A stretch of 64,000 nucleotides of DNA from Chiloscyllium plagiosum (taxonomy: Eukaryota), in contig NC_057728.1 in NCBI RefSeq assembly GCF_004010195.1, positions 40,560,578 through 40,624,577 of the forward strand, read 5' to 3'. Below the pieces are notes generated by a model, which saw nothing but the letters and a program-made list of their open reading frames with translations, was not told the origin of the DNA and ran no database searches. A program made the position numbers and the translations under genes. Position 1 is the first letter of the stretch, and every line of letters begins with the position of its first letter. This document shows, piece by piece, positions 51,570-64,000 of this stretch.

Positions 51570-53171
51570 TCAGCTCACCAACTTGGGTAATACTGTTCGT
51601 TGTTGAATATTCCCATTGGCATCAGTCATTTGTGTTAAATTAGTTCTCAGTTTTGATGATGAGCCTGAAGTTGGAGGCAATTTAGAAATTGATGTAATAG
51701 CACCACTGCTTTCTGTTGCTCTCTTTGATGAGCCTTTCTCTCCACTTGGAGGCTTTGGTAAGCGTCTACGTAGCCAGGGATGTCGCAATGCCTGGCTGGG
51801 TGTCATACGCAATGCAGGATCCCATTCTAGGCATTGTTTCAGAAAATCAAGAAAGAGAGGATCATCACATCCTTTCAAAGCGGTGACCCAATCCTTGCTC
51901 CCTGGCGGGCCACGTAACTTTCCCCTCCGTGACCGTCCTCCATTAAGAACTACTGAGCCGTCTGGCAAAGTCGTAACAGTACAATAACGGGGGTAACCTT
52001 TGGAGCTCACAAAATTTTTGGCTCGTTTTGACTGATCTAAAAACTTTTGAGGTGCAATACCCAGCAACTCAATCATGCAGGCAAGCTGGTCAGCTTCATC
52101 TTCCCCAGGCAACAGAGGGTAACCTGTCAATAGTTCAGCCAGAATGCAACCCAAACTCCACATGTCTATAGGCATGCCATAGCGAGCTCCAAGGATGACT
52201 TCAGGTGCACGGTAGAAGCGTGACTGTATGTATGTGTATACACGTTGGTGTTCATAACAACTTGAGCCAAAATCTATCACTTTAATCCCACTTCGTCCCT
52301 GTTGTTTCAGCAGGATATTCTCAGGTTTAAGGTCACAATGTATAATTCTATTCTTATGTAAAGCATCCAAGCACAGCAAAATGGAGTGAGCAAACTTGCG
52401 AACCAATGGAAGGCTGAACCCTTGAAACTTATTCTTCTTGATCAGTTCATAAAGGTTCATGCTCAGTAATTCAAATGTCATGCAAATGTGGTTGCGGAAT
52501 GTAAAGTTCTCCAGCATATGAATGACATTCATGGTATTATCTTTGTCTTGCTTTTTCAGGTGCTCCAAAATCCGTATCTCCTCCGCAGCCTGCCGGTGAA
52601 AGCGTTTCTCATTCCTCACCATTTTCAGGGCTATATGCTGGTGTTGTTTGTGGTCATAAGCTTTTACAACCTGCCCAAAGCTCCCTTTGCCAATAACTTT
52701 CAAAACTTCATATCTGTAAGTAATATGATCATGAGGTACGTGGATATAGGAACCCTGGTCATCATCGTAACCACCATTATTTGAGCCACCGACTACACCT
52801 TGCCGTTTCTTTGCATTTGGACCAACAAAGTAGATTTCATGATAGTTAAATATTTCATGGTGCTCAAATGCAGAAAGTTTATGCATATACTGTTTCATGG
52901 CTTGCTCTGGGGTCATAACTGTGGATTTGGGTTTTGGAGAACAATCTGTTGACTTTACTGATGCAGAGCTTCCTTGCCGCCTTTGTGAACTCTCCAATTG
53001 CTTGTCATGAACCACCGGTAATGAGGTTTTACCAACTGCAGTGAGGCCATTGGGTTGCGTAGTCAAAATTGCCCTTTTGGTGCCAGTGTCTTCGAAGAGC
53101 TGTTGAACCTGAATCTGTCCATGGGTACCAATATGTAGGTGGTCATTCATTGTGTGCTTGTTACCTCCAAC
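51570..53171 (-). CDS. DYRK2: Dual-specificity tyrosine-phosphorylation-regulated kinase 2, terminal coding exon (whole kinase domain)
   Basis: The 526-aa ORF 53150..51570 has the DH box (YDDDQGSY), [22 protein letters not shown], the YTY activation loop ([15 protein letters not shown]) and a C-terminus ending [10 protein letters not shown] as in vertebrate DYRK2. On the minus strand, ...ctgttttAG|GTT GGA GGT AAC AAG CAC ACA ATG extends the exon in frame by 7 codons (VGGNKHT). Upstream exons were not recognised in this window. Confidence 0.96.
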   Translation of the reverse strand, partial: VGGNKHTMNDHLHIGTHGQIQVQQLFEDTGTKRAILTTQPNGLTAVGKTSLPVVHDKQLESSQRRQGSSASVKSTDCSPKPKSTVMTPEQAMKQYMHKLSAFEHHEIFNYHEIYFVGPNAKKRQGVVGGSNNGGYDDDQGSYIHVPHDHITYRYEVLKVIGKGSFGQVVKAYDHKQHQHIALKMVRNEKRFHRQAAEEIRILEHLKKQDKDNTMNVIHMLENFTFRNHICMTFELLSMNLYELIKKNKFQGFSLPLVRKFAHSILLCLDALHKNRIIHCDLKPENILLKQQGRSGIKVIDFGSSCYEHQRVYTYIQSRFYRAPEVILGARYGMPIDMWSLGCILAELLTGYPLLPGEDEADQLACMIELLGIAPQKFLDQSKRAKNFVSSKGYPRYCTVTTLPDGSVVLNGGRSRRGKLRGPPGSKDWVTALKGCDDPLFLDFLKQCLEWDPALRMTPSQALRHPWLRRRLPKPPSGEKGSSKRATESSGAITSISKLPPTSGSSSKLRTNLTQMTDANGNIQQRTVLPKLVS

Positions 53172-53210
53172 CTAAAACAGATTTGGTTGGGGAGAAAAAG
53201 AAAATATATT
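53172..53210 (-). promoter_or_regulatory. 3' splice acceptor and polypyrimidine tract of the last DYRK2 intron
   Basis: Minus strand reads attttctttttctccccaaccaaatctgttttAG|G, a phase-0 junction in frame with the kinase ORF. Confidence 0.85.
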
Positions 53211-54039
53211 TAACTGTCTTAAGATATGTAATAAATAGAAGCTGTAAAGTGAAAACACAAAACATGTTTTTGATTTATACTCATTTGCTTAATTGGATGC
53301 AAAGTGTCTCAGTTTGCCAGTCCTTTTATTTCAAACTTTGAGATACACTCCTTTTCACTTGTCCTCCTCTCTCAACACCGTTTTCAAGTTGTATGCAAGG
53401 TAGACAACCTGTTCTGTAGGCTCATTTTATATCTGCTCCATTTCTCTCTTCTGTCTAACAGCAATGACCTCAAACAAGTAGTCCAGACTATGAATTCATG
53501 TTCCTTATTTCAAGTGCATCAAAATGCTAGAACAGAAAACTGATCTGAATATGGCTATAATCCATGATATATTGGATAGAATATGAAAATACAAATAAAC
53601 ACTTAGATCATACAAACGAACAGGCAAGTTTATTGAAGCTTGATTAAATAAACTCAACACTTCAATATTTCACGCAATTTCTTTGGACCAAATCTAGGGT
53701 CTAAAGGGCCATTTTGTTCACGGCATACATCTTTAACAAGGACAGTTTTAGTAAGGAGTGGGTATTAACTTTCCGCATTCTTTGCCTCATATCACTCTCA
53801 TGCAAAGTTCATCATTAGCTCCTAGCCACCTAAACATCGCAATTAAAACATCTCAATGATTTTGATAATGTCACATGACAGGAGCTGAGTGGACCATTAT
53901 ATTAACTGAATTCCCCTCCCATTCAATGCCTAAGCATCTGTTTTGACCACTTCAGTAAAGTTATTGATTCAATATAGAACCTTATAGAAATCCAATCAGA
54001 ATTCATTTGAAAACAAATATTTCATTTTTGGTGCCTTTA

Positions 54040-54690
54040 ACCTTCTAAAGTAATCCAGCACATTTCACAGCAACATTAAATAATATCTGATATGTACCTA
54101 CTGTAATTAGTAATGGTGACCATAAGTTCAGTCAAGCACACAGATTTTAAGGAGCAATCAAAATCAGTAAATTGCAAAAGTTCAGAAATGCAGGAGTTCT
54201 GAGGATTATAGGTGAGAGAAGATTAGAAATAATAAGATAGGCACGGCATAGGGAGATTTTAAAATGTGACAAAGAGAATTTAAAAATCGAGGACATGCCA
54301 GACTAAGAGCCAATGCAAGTTTGCGAGCACAGGGAGACAGGTGAATGGGGTTGGTGCTAGATAGGATGTAGCAACAGAGTTTGGATGAGTTCAAATTGAT
54401 GGAGTAAGATGAGCTACGACACCATTCTAATGATCAAGTCTAAATGTAACAAAGGCATGTATGTATGAGCTTAGGTAGAAAGGAGAAGTGGGCAACAGTA
54501 AGTTGGGGTAGGTTAGCTTGACTATGGCATCAATGTGTGGTTGTGAATTCATCTTAGGATTAAACAAAACATCAAGGGGATGAACAGGATCAATGGTTAG
54601 ATGTGGGCAAGACATACATCTGGAACTTGGGTCAACAACATATCTGGGTGTCAAAGAGATAGAAATCCAGGACTGAGGAAAATGAGAAGG
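54040..54690 (-). mobile_element. Old L2-clade LINE remnant (intronic)
   Basis: LDVLFNPKMNSQPHI...IHAFVTFRLDH resembles the L2 motif LIHAFVTSRLDY. Confidence 0.6.
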
Positions 54691-54694
54691 AGGT

Positions 54695-57600
54695 TCTCAA
54701 TCTGGAGGCATGCCTTGGTCATCCCGATGAGGGCCAGGCCATCTGGAAGGCGTACGGAGTGAAGGAGGGTGTGCTCTCGTTGGGTTTAGGAGTCCATAGT
54801 GAGTCCACAGATCGGTTCCTCCAGGGACTAGTCCGTGGCTCCCTCTTCTTCTCCTTGCTGGAAAAAGGCACGGGGTCAGCCAGAAGCTCTTTGTGCTGCT
54901 TGCGCATGACGGATCTCTGGTCTCAGATCCGGAGAGCATCAGAGTCCAAGTCAGGAAGGTCTATTCTTCATTCATCTCTTTGGATCCATCCAGCAAGGAG
55001 GTTCACAAGAGTCTGTGGAAGGATCTGCTGCAGCTTGACCCAAAGGGTGCCAAGAGGCTGAATGTTCCTCTGAGCCTGACTGGTGCCCTTCACCAGTTCT
55101 CCAGGGGCAACTCCCTCGGATGGACGGGCTGACTGTGAAGTTCTTCAGGATGTTCTGGAGAATGATTATGTGAGGGTCCTAGAGGAATGCATCATGACCA
55201 GAGATCTGCCTCTTTCCTGATGGAGGGCTGTAGTTCCTCTGCTGCTCAAGAGCAGAGGATGTCTAGTTATTAAAGAACTAGCATCTGGTTTCCCTTCTCA
55301 GCAGAGATCATAAATTCTTTGCCAGGGGATCACTTTGCACCTTAGCACCGTACTGGAAGAAGTGTGGATAAGCCAGACCAATCCTACTCAGTCCCAGACT
55401 AGAGTAATTAGGACATCATCCATCTGATCCACGGCACGGTCCATTTTCCCAGAAGGCTTCCCTCTTGCCCCTGATCAGGGAATGGCACACGACATAGAGT
55501 CATAGAGATGTAAAGCATGCAAAGAGACCCTTCAGTCCATGCCGACCTGATATCCCGACCCAATCTAGTCCCACCTGCCAGCACCGGACCCATATCCCTC
55601 GAAACCTTTCCTATTTATATACCCATCTAAATGCCTCTTAAATGTTGCAATTGTACCAGCCTCCACCACTTCCTCTGGCAGCTCATTCCATATCTGTACC
55701 ACCCTCTGTGTGAAAAAGTTGCCCCTTAGGTCTCTTTTATATCTTTCCCCTCTCACCCTAAACCTGTGCCCTCTAGTTCTGGAGTCTCCCACACCAGGGA
55801 AAAGACTTTGCCTATTTACCCTATCCATGCCCCTCAATTTTGTAAACATCTATAAGGTCACCCCTCAGCCTCCAATGCTTCAGGGAAAACAGCCCCAGCC
55901 TGTTCAGCCTCTCTCCATAGCTCAAATCCTTCAACCTTGCAACATCCTTGTAAATCTTTCCTGAACCCTTTCAAGTTTCACAACATCTTTCCGATAGGAA
56001 GGAGACCAGAACTGCATGCAATATTCCAACAGTGGCCTAACCAATGTCCTGTACAGCCGCAACATGACCTCCCAACTCCTGTACTCAATACTCTGACCAA
56101 TAAAGGAAAGCTTTATTCACTATCCTATCTACCTACGACTCCACTTTCAAGGAGCTATGAAGCTGCATTCCAAGGTCTCGTTGTTCAGCAACACTGCCCA
56201 TGACCTTACCATTAAGTGTATAAGTCCTGCTAAGATTTGCTTTCCCAAAATGCAGCACCTCGCATTTATCTGAATTAAACTCCATCTGCCACTTCTAAGC
56301 CCATTGGCACATCTGGTCAAGATCCTGTTGTAATCTGAGGTAACCCTCTTCGCTATCCACTACACCTCCAATTTTGTTGTCACCTGCAAACTTACTAACT
56401 GTACCTCTTATGCTCGCATCCAAATCATTTATGTAAATGACAAAAGTAGAGGACCCAGCACAAATCCTTGTGGCACTCCACTAGTCACAAGCCTCCAGTC
56501 TGAAAAACAACCCTACACCACCATCCTCTGTTTTCTACCTTTCAGCCAGTTCTGTATCCAAATGGCTAGTTCTCCCTTTATTCCATGAGATATAATCTTG
56601 CCAATCAGTCGCCCATGGGGAACCTTTTCGAACACCTTACTGAAGTCCATATAGATCACATCTCCCGCTCTGCCCTCATCAATCCTCTTTGTTACTTCTT
56701 CAAAAAACTCAATCAAGTTTGTGAGACATGATTTCCCACAGACAAAGCCATGTTGACTATCCCTAATCAGTCCTTGCCTTTCCAAATACATGTACATCCT
56801 GTCCCTCAGGATTCCCTCCAACAACTTGCCCACCACCAACGTCAGGCTCACCGGCCTATAGTTCCCTGGCTTGTCTTTACCACCCTTCTTAAACAGTGGC
56901 ATCACGTTTGCCAACCTCCAGTCTTCCGGCACTTCACCTGTGACTATCGATGATACATATATCTCAGCAAGAGGCCCAACAATCACTTCTCTAGCTTCCC
57001 ACAGAGTTCTAGGTTTACACCTGATCAGGTCCTAGGATTTATCCACCTTTACCCATTTCAAGACATCCAGCACTTCCTCCTCTGTAATATGGACATTTTG
57101 CAAGATGTTACCATCTATTTCCCTACAGTCTATATCTTCCATATCCTTCTCCACATTAAATACTGATGCAAAATACTCATTTAGTATCTCCCCCATTTTC
57201 TGCGGCTCCACACAAAGGCCGCCTTGCTGATCTTTGAGGGGCCCCATTCTCTCCCTAGTTACCCTTTTGTCCTGAATGTATTTGTAAAACTCTTTGAATT
57301 CTCCTTAATTCTATTTGCCAAAGCTATCTCATGTCCCCTTTTTGCCCTCCTGATTTCCCTCTTAAGTATACTCCTACTTCCTTTATACTCTTCTAAGGAT
57401 TCACTCGATCTATCCTGTGTGTACCCGACATATGCTTCCTTCTTTTTCTTAACCAAACTCTCAATTTCTTTACTCATCCAGCTTTCCCTATACCTACCAG
57501 CCTTTCCTTTCACCCTAACAGGAATCTACTGTCTCTGGATTCTCGTTATCTCATTACTGAAGGCTTCCCATTTTCCAGCCGTCCCTTTTCCTGCGAACAT

Positions 57601-58570
57601 CTGCCCCCAATCAGCTTTCGAACGTTCATACCTAATACCGTCAAAATTGGCCTTTCTCCAATTTAGAACTTCAATTTTTAGATCTGCTCTATCCTCTTCC
57701 ATCACTATTTTAATGGGATTATGGTCGCTGGCCCCAAAGTACTCCCCCAATGACACCTCAGTCACCTGCCCTGCCTTATTTCCCAAGAGTAGATCAAGTT
57801 TTGCACCTTCTCTACTAGATAGATCCACATACTGAATCAGAAAATTGTCTTGTACACACTTAACAAATTCCTCTCCATCTAAACCTTTAACACTATGGCA
57901 GTCCCAGTCTACGTTTGGAAAGTTAAAATTCCCTACCATAACCATCCTATTATTCTTACAGATAGCTGAGATCTCCTTACAAGTTTGTTGACATGATGGA
58001 TCACGTGTATTTACTTGGGACACATTCAATGCCTAGATCTGTACGCAACCTCAGTGTTTAGTGAAGGTTAATGGATCCCTGACAGCATTGTTGTACTTTG
58101 GGAAGGGACAAGCAAACGGAAAAAGCTCATGGAGACAAAAGTCAGCACTGGCTCACTGCTCAGATACTGAGCTACCCATTTTTGCCCCCATGTGCCTCTG
58201 CACCCAGATTCCAGATAGTGACTTCTTACCTTCAGACCCTGCAACAATACCTTTATACCGAGCCTCCTCCAGGGTAATGTGCCCTGATGATGTTTTTCTT
58301 CCATCAGGTAGCGACCTCAGTTATGGCATGCAGAGTTGCCTGTCTTTTATTTGGATCTGATCAGGATTTGGGTCAGGGTTGCCTTGTGCAGTGCACTCTT
58401 CCTGCAGGTGTGGCGGCTGTTTTAAGTGAGCTGCTGCTAAAGAACAGGTTCCTCTGGCCAGATAACAGCAGAGCAGCTGGGAGAAATGGCATCCATCGAT
58501 ATCCTGAATGTGGCCTGAATCTTCTCAAGCCTAAGGACCAAAGTACTCCGCCCAGACACTGCAATGACTC
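54695..58570 (+). mobile_element. Decayed Tx1/L1-clade LINE ORF2 split by a CR1 insertion (segments 54695-55493 and 57990-58570)
   Basis: Manual translation: LWKDLLQL..., GMDGLTVKFFRMFW, DYVRVLEEC...LPLS*WRAVVPLLLK; after the insertion, DHVYLLGT, VKVNGSLTALLYFGKG and ELPVFYLDL. Confidence 0.65.
55494..57989 (-). mobile_element. CR1/HER1-like LINE, about 2.5 kb, 5'-truncated (endonuclease end, RT, tail)
   Basis: VGNFNFPNVDW, LDLLLGN, ASDHN, PEDWRLANVMPLFKKG...NYRPVSLT, SCLTNLIEFFEEV, MDFSKVF, and a ctatgactctat tail. Confidence 0.92.
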
Positions 58571-58574
58571 AGGA

Positions 58575-58705
58575 GTCCTGATGAAGGGCTTATGCCCAAA
58601 GCATCAATTCTCCTGCTCCTTGGATGCTGCTTGACCTGCTGTGCTTTTCCAGCATCACACTCTTGAATCTGATCTCCAGCATCTGCAGTTGTCACGTTCT
58701 CCTGG
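58575..58705 (+). mobile_element. Family B short element, hammerhead GAAA box mutated
   Basis: CTGATGA A GGGC TTAT GCCC AAAG at 58578-58601, followed by the family B body. Confidence 0.8.
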
Positions 58706-59400
58706 TTTACCCTTGTTACCCTTCTTAAACAAGGGGACAACATTAGCAGTCTTCCAGGACCTCACTGATGTTCAAGGATGCTGCAAAGATATTTGTTAAG
58801 ACCCCAGCTATTTCTTCTCTCGCTTCCGTCAGTAACCTGGGATAGATCCCATCCACACCTGGGGGCTTGTCTACCCTAATGCCTTTTCGAATACCCAACA
58901 CTTCCTGCCTTCTTATGCTGACTTGACCTAGAGTAATCAAACATTTATTCCTAACCTCAACACCCATCATGTCCCTCTCCTCAGTGAATACTGACGCAAA
59001 GTATTCATTAAGAATCTCACCCATTTTCTCTCTCTCCACGCATAACTTTCCTCCTTTGCCCTTGAGATGGCCAACCCTTTCTCTAGTTACCCTCTTGCTC
59101 CTTATATATGAATAGAGAAGAGTGGCACCATAAGACAATATATAGGAGCAGAAATTAGGCCATTTGGCCCATCAAGTCTGCTAGCCATTCAAGCATGGCT
59201 GATACGTTTCTCAACCCCATTCTTCCACTTTCTCCCCGTAACCCTTCATCCCCTTGACAGTCAAGAATCTACCTATCTTCATCTTAAATATACTCAATGA
59301 TCTGATCTCCACAGCCTTCTTTGGCCATGAATTTCATAGTTTCACCACTCTCTGGTTGAAGAGATTCTCTTTATCTCTTCCCTTTACTCTAAAGCTGTGC
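58705..59400 (-). mobile_element. CR1-like fragments
   Basis: EILNEYFASVFTEE...PGVDGIYPRLL peptide; CR1 3' end at 59130-59400. Confidence 0.75.
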
Positions 59401-59401
59401 A

Positions 59402-59550
59402 GTCAGGCAGCATCCGAGGAACAGGAAAATTGATGTTTCAGACAAAAGCACTTTCCTGCTCCTCAGATGCTGCCTGACCTGCTGTGTTTTTTCAGCACCA
59501 CTCTAATCTTGATTCTAATCTCCAGCATCTGCAGTACCCACCTCCGCCTT
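59402..59550. mobile_element. Inverted family B-variant mini-element
   Basis: Arms gtcaggcagcatccgaggaacaggaaa and tttcctgctcctcagatgctgcctgac. Confidence 0.75.
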
Positions 59551-61374
59551 ACCATGGTCACAGTCACACTCAATATAAAAGCTGTTTCAAAGATGTGGCA
59601 GAAGCAAATGATTGAGGTATTCAAACATGGAACTGTGGGTAAGATGCATGTAGATTTGGGAGGTGATGGACTTGAGAGAAAAAACATTGAAGACAGTTTT
59701 TAAGGAAGGTGGAATAATGGGAGAGATATTTTAGATGGCTGATTTCCGTAAGTAGAAGACTGTATTGGAGGAAACTGAACCATCATCATCTAACATGGGT
59801 TTAACGGGCAAGACAATTTCAAGAGCAGAATGAGGAAAGATAGGAGGGAAAATGCAAGTTCACAGCTAAGGAAGGAACTTCACTGAAGTAAAACAAAGAA
59901 CTGTGGATGATGGAGAGCTGAAGCAAAAATGGAAAATGCTGACAAAACTCCACAGGTCTGGCAGCATCTGTGGGGAGAAGCTTCACTGAATTGCTGGGCT
60001 CGGGGGAGATAGGGCAGTAACAAATTCTTCTGGACAGAGGTTCTCAATCTTAGTGACAAAGACAGAATGAACATTTTGCATTCATAAAGAGCAGGGAGTT
60101 GAAGTAGATGATACATAGTAGGGAAAATAAGTCACATTATTTTCATACATTGGGATCATCAAAAATGGTAAGTGGTATTGGATTAATCATTTTTTTTGAA
60201 ACTAAGATTGCAATGGTATCAAAGAACATGGGGAAAGGGTGGATATATAGAGCTTGGTCACAGATCAGGTGTCATTAACAGGCTCTAGGTGTTAAACAGT
60301 CTATACTTTCTCCTATTCCTACACTGCAATGAAATGGAGGCCAAAGTCATTGTGATCAAATAACAAAAACAATAAAAGTTACTGAAACTGACATGATATT
60401 GAAGTTTCCAATAGACATTGAGGATTTTAAAAAAGAAAAGGAAGTGATGCTTAAGGAGGAAAAGGTGCCTAAAGCATGTGTACACTCTAAGTTGTAGTTT
60501 GGTGACAAATCGCCAGAGTTCCACCATAACAATCCGGATTGGGCAAGTGTTTGGAGGGATAGCTGAGGGCCTGGCTTCATTTGGGCAGTGGAGGAAGAAG
60601 TCTCACCGCCTCCATTTTTCATCAAGGCCATGATGATGATGATGCAGTATTTACTATAAATCACTGATGACAAAGGGTTTGCTCACAGAAGAACAGACAG
60701 AAGAGAAACGAATGTCAAACTAGCTCCTTTGTGAAGCTGCATGTCAGCGTTGTTTTCATATTTGATCAAATTTATACTAATTGTGGTATCAATTTGACCT
60801 GAACTGCCTAACACACAATAAATGAATAACCAACTAATGATCATGAAGCAGTTTAGAATGAGATGTTTCAATATACCTAAAAGGTTTTATATTAGTTACC
60901 TGTACTGACTTGGCATAATCTAGTCTGGCCCTTCAGACAAGATAAATATAATACACACAGCCAGTTTTTCTTTTGTTTCAAATTCAGGTACATGGGTATA
61001 CAATGCCCTATCAAATGCAGTGCAGCACTGAAATATATGGTAAATGTGGTCAGACAGAAGATAGCAATATTCACTCTAAAGAACCACTATTACTTAACCA
61101 GAAGAATGAATCCTAAGGTAAAAGGAAGTATTTCAGGACTACAAAAGTCCATATTTTCAGCGATATCTGCTGTATAACGTTCTCTAATGATGTTTGCATT
61201 AAATAAATACTCAAAATATTTTCATTTGAAATAAAAACAGCTAACACCAAGTGATGATGCAACAGAAATTTTCCTGAAATGTTTCTGGATATAGATCTAT
61301 ATGTAACATCGATATATAGTTTACTCCAGAAGAAAGAATGTTAAGTGTCCATGTTACGTAACATACAAGTAGCA

Positions 61375-62092
61375 TTCTAACATAAGTTGGATTGGTATGC
61401 TTGCCTTTATTGGTCAGTGCATTGAGTACAGGAGTTGGGAGGTCATGTTGCAGCTATACAGGACGTTGGTTGGGCCAATTTTGGCATACTGTGTGCAATT
61501 CTGATCTCCCTGCTATAGGAAGGATATTGTGAAACTTGAAAGGGCTTATGCCCGAAATGTCGATTCTCCTGTTCCTTGGATGCTGCCTGACCTGCTGCGC
61601 TTTTCTAGCAACACATTTTCAGCTCTGATCTCCAGCATCTGCAGCCCTCACTTTCTTTCAGAAAAGATTTACAAGTATGTTGCCAGGATTGGTGGGTTTG
61701 AACTATAGGGAGAGGCTATTTTCCCTGATGCATTGTAGGCTGAGGAGTGACCTTATAGAGGTTTATAAAATCATGAAGGGCATGGATAGTGGAAACAGGG
61801 TGGGGAGCCCAAAACTAGGGGGCAGAGTTTTAAGAGGAGAGGGGAAATATTTATAAGGGACCAAAGGGGCAAATTTTCATGCAGAGATTGGTGCCTGTAT
61901 GGAATAAGCTGGCAGAGGAAGTGCTGAAGGGTGGTACAATTACATTAAAAAACATCTGAATGCAATGGGAAGGGTTTAGAGGGAGGTGGGCCAAATGCTG
62001 GTAAACAGGACTAAATTTATTTATGATATCTGGTCGACATGGATGAGTTGAACTGAAAGGTCTGTTTCTGTCTCTATATCTCTATAACTCTA
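61375..62092 (+). mobile_element. CR1/HER1-like 3' fragment
   Basis: Same family as 13834-14500, on the opposite strand. Confidence 0.85.
61541..61656 (+). mobile_element. Family B short element inserted in CR1, 5'-truncated at stem II
   Basis: Host gaaacttgaaaggg|ttcagaaaag is split by cttatgcccgaaatgtcg...cactttct, with AGGG microhomology and no TSD. Confidence 0.85.
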
Positions 62093-62539
62093 AAAGATCA
62101 GAAAATTACATTAAGGCACTGAAAGCATGCTGCCCAATATTAATCTGACTCAATTGAACACTAATTGGCAGAAATATGAGCAATCTATTTCTGCAGTTAT
62201 CAATTTGGAAATACAAGAAAACTGCTTCAAAATAACTGCAAAGCAATTGCTGATATTTTATAATGTTATTAGGAAAAAAACTGAGGGAGGAATGCAAACT
62301 CTTTGATAGAGTCCATGAAAATAGGCAAACAGCAGACTTGTTGAATAATTAGTCTTTTTCATTTTTTCATGAGACATTAGTGTCACTGACAAGATCAGAA
62401 ATTTGTTTCCTATCCCTAGTTACCCACAAGAATGTGATGGTGAGCTAGGGTGCCAGGTGGTGTGTTAGTATTTACAACGGAAGAGGAGAATGTGCCAAAC
62501 ATATGATAATAAAGTACTATTGAATGGGGGTGACAACTC

Positions 62540-64000
62540 CCTAAAATTAATGTAAGCAAAATAATAGTCATGAAGAAAGTCATAGTTTTAAAGAGAATAA
62601 TAAATCCCGAGATGACTAGGTAATATCACTCCTCAAGTCTTAAAGGAAGTGGCTTAGATTATTGCAGGCCCCTTTATAATAATCTTTCAAATTTCTTTTG
62701 TTTCAGAAAATTCTGCATAACACTCCATTAAATTAAGGTGGGTGAGAAAGGAAAAATATAGAAAAAACTATAGACCAGTTGACCGAACATCTATTGTTGG
62801 AAAATTACTAAAGTCTACTAGATAGTGACTGATTGCCTTGAAAATTTTCAGAGAAAAGATTTGTGAGGGCTAAATTTGCATTAAATTGGATTTTTTTTTT
62901 GACATGGTAATGACACCAGTAGACCCAACGGTTTGGGGCTTCAAACATTCACTGCATTAATTAAAATTGTAGATATTGCAATACAAAATTATATCTGCAT
63001 ATTTTCTGAGGACATAAAATCAGTGTCATTGTAAGTAATTTTTATGGAAGCATAAAATCAGAAAAGATGATGGTTAAGATAATGGACAAAACTTTGGGAA
63101 ATGGATTTCAATTTGGCAATTGTGATTCATCCACTTAGGACCCAAAAATGATGGTGAACAACTAGAAACTGTGAGGTTCCAAAGAGATTTAAATGTCATG
63201 AACCAGCGCAGAAAGTAACTACAAAAGTAACTGGAATCTCAGCCTCTATATCTACAGGACTAGACCGAAAGGGGGTAAAATAATTCTACAATTGTACAAA
63301 TTCAAATATGTTATACATGGAGTATCACGAGCATTTATTAGGGGAGGGGTGTGGAAGCGTCCAAAACTAGAGGGCATAGATTTAGGGAGAGAGGGGAAAT
63401 TTTTAAAAGGGATTTAACTGGCAACTTTTTCATGCAGAGGGTGGTGCGTATATGAAATGAACTGCCAGAGGAAGTGGTGTCAGCTGGTAAATTACACATT
63501 TAAAAGGCATGTGGATGGGTATATGAACAGGAAGGGTTTAGAGGGCCAAGTGCTGGCAAATTGGACTAGATTAGGACATTTGGTGGGCTTGGACAAGTTT
63601 GACCAATGGGTCTGTTTCTATGCTGTACATCTCTAAGACTTGCTATGATTCTGTATCTCAGGAAGTACAGTGTATATTTGGTCTTGGAGGACGTGCACAG
63701 AAATTTTCAAAAATAATTCCTGAACTCAAAGGGTTACATTGCAAGGAGCAATTGCATAATTTAGAGCTGTTATATTTCCTGGAATTTTGGCAGTTAAAAG
63801 GGTAAGTTGATCAAAATTTTCAAAGCCTAAGGGAAACAAATAGTTTGTTTATCTAATCTACTTCTGTTTGATCAGAAAACCAGGAAAAGAAGACATGGTC
63901 AAACAAATCGAGCCAGATTTTTCAGAAATGAAATTAGGAAACACATCTAGACATAAAGCAAGTTAAAAGTTTGGAACTGATCCATATTTGGAAATTAATA
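62540..64000 (+). mobile_element. Decayed CR1-like LINE with a nested HER1 3' end (63340-63650)
   Basis: NYRPV..TSIVGKLL remnant (62765-62810) and a HER1-like tail. Confidence 0.6.

Noticed and set aside
51616..52784. Plus-strand ORFs of 123 and 98 aa overlapping DYRK2
   Set aside because: Antisense shadow frames of the kinase exon with no independent features.
55494..58029. Intact active LINE ORF2
   Set aside because: Broken into several frames by stops and frameshifts, and 5'-truncated.
1..64000. CRISPR array or prokaryotic operon/defence system
   Set aside because: No regularly spaced repeat-spacer array. The sequence is vertebrate intergenic and intronic DNA with dispersed repeats.

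Overview
Eukaryotic DNA, most likely from a cartilaginous fish (shark), inferred from HE1/V-SINE-like and HER1/CR1-like repeats. The only host gene is on the minus strand: the large terminal coding exon of DYRK2 (splice acceptor at 53172-53173, coding 53171..51570), followed by a putative repeat-free 3'UTR of about 4.4 kb. The rest is a nested mosaic of decayed retroelements (CR1/HER1, L2, Tx1, tRNA-derived SINEs, Penelope-like elements) plus a Harbinger-type Myb/SANT remnant. The most notable signal is a set of three sequence families of short Penelope-terminus-like elements carrying minimal type I hammerhead ribozyme motifs (CUGANGA-A-stem II-GAAA, palindromic AGCU/ACGU stem III, NUH triplet). 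Several are ~90-210 bp ORF-less insertions, often head-to-head inverted, bounded by 12-15 bp target-site duplications. A decayed LINE also appears to carry the same tRNA-like head and 3' tail as a free SINE elsewhere in the window. Repeat boundaries are read by eye and approximate, and family names come from motif recognition rather than database searches.
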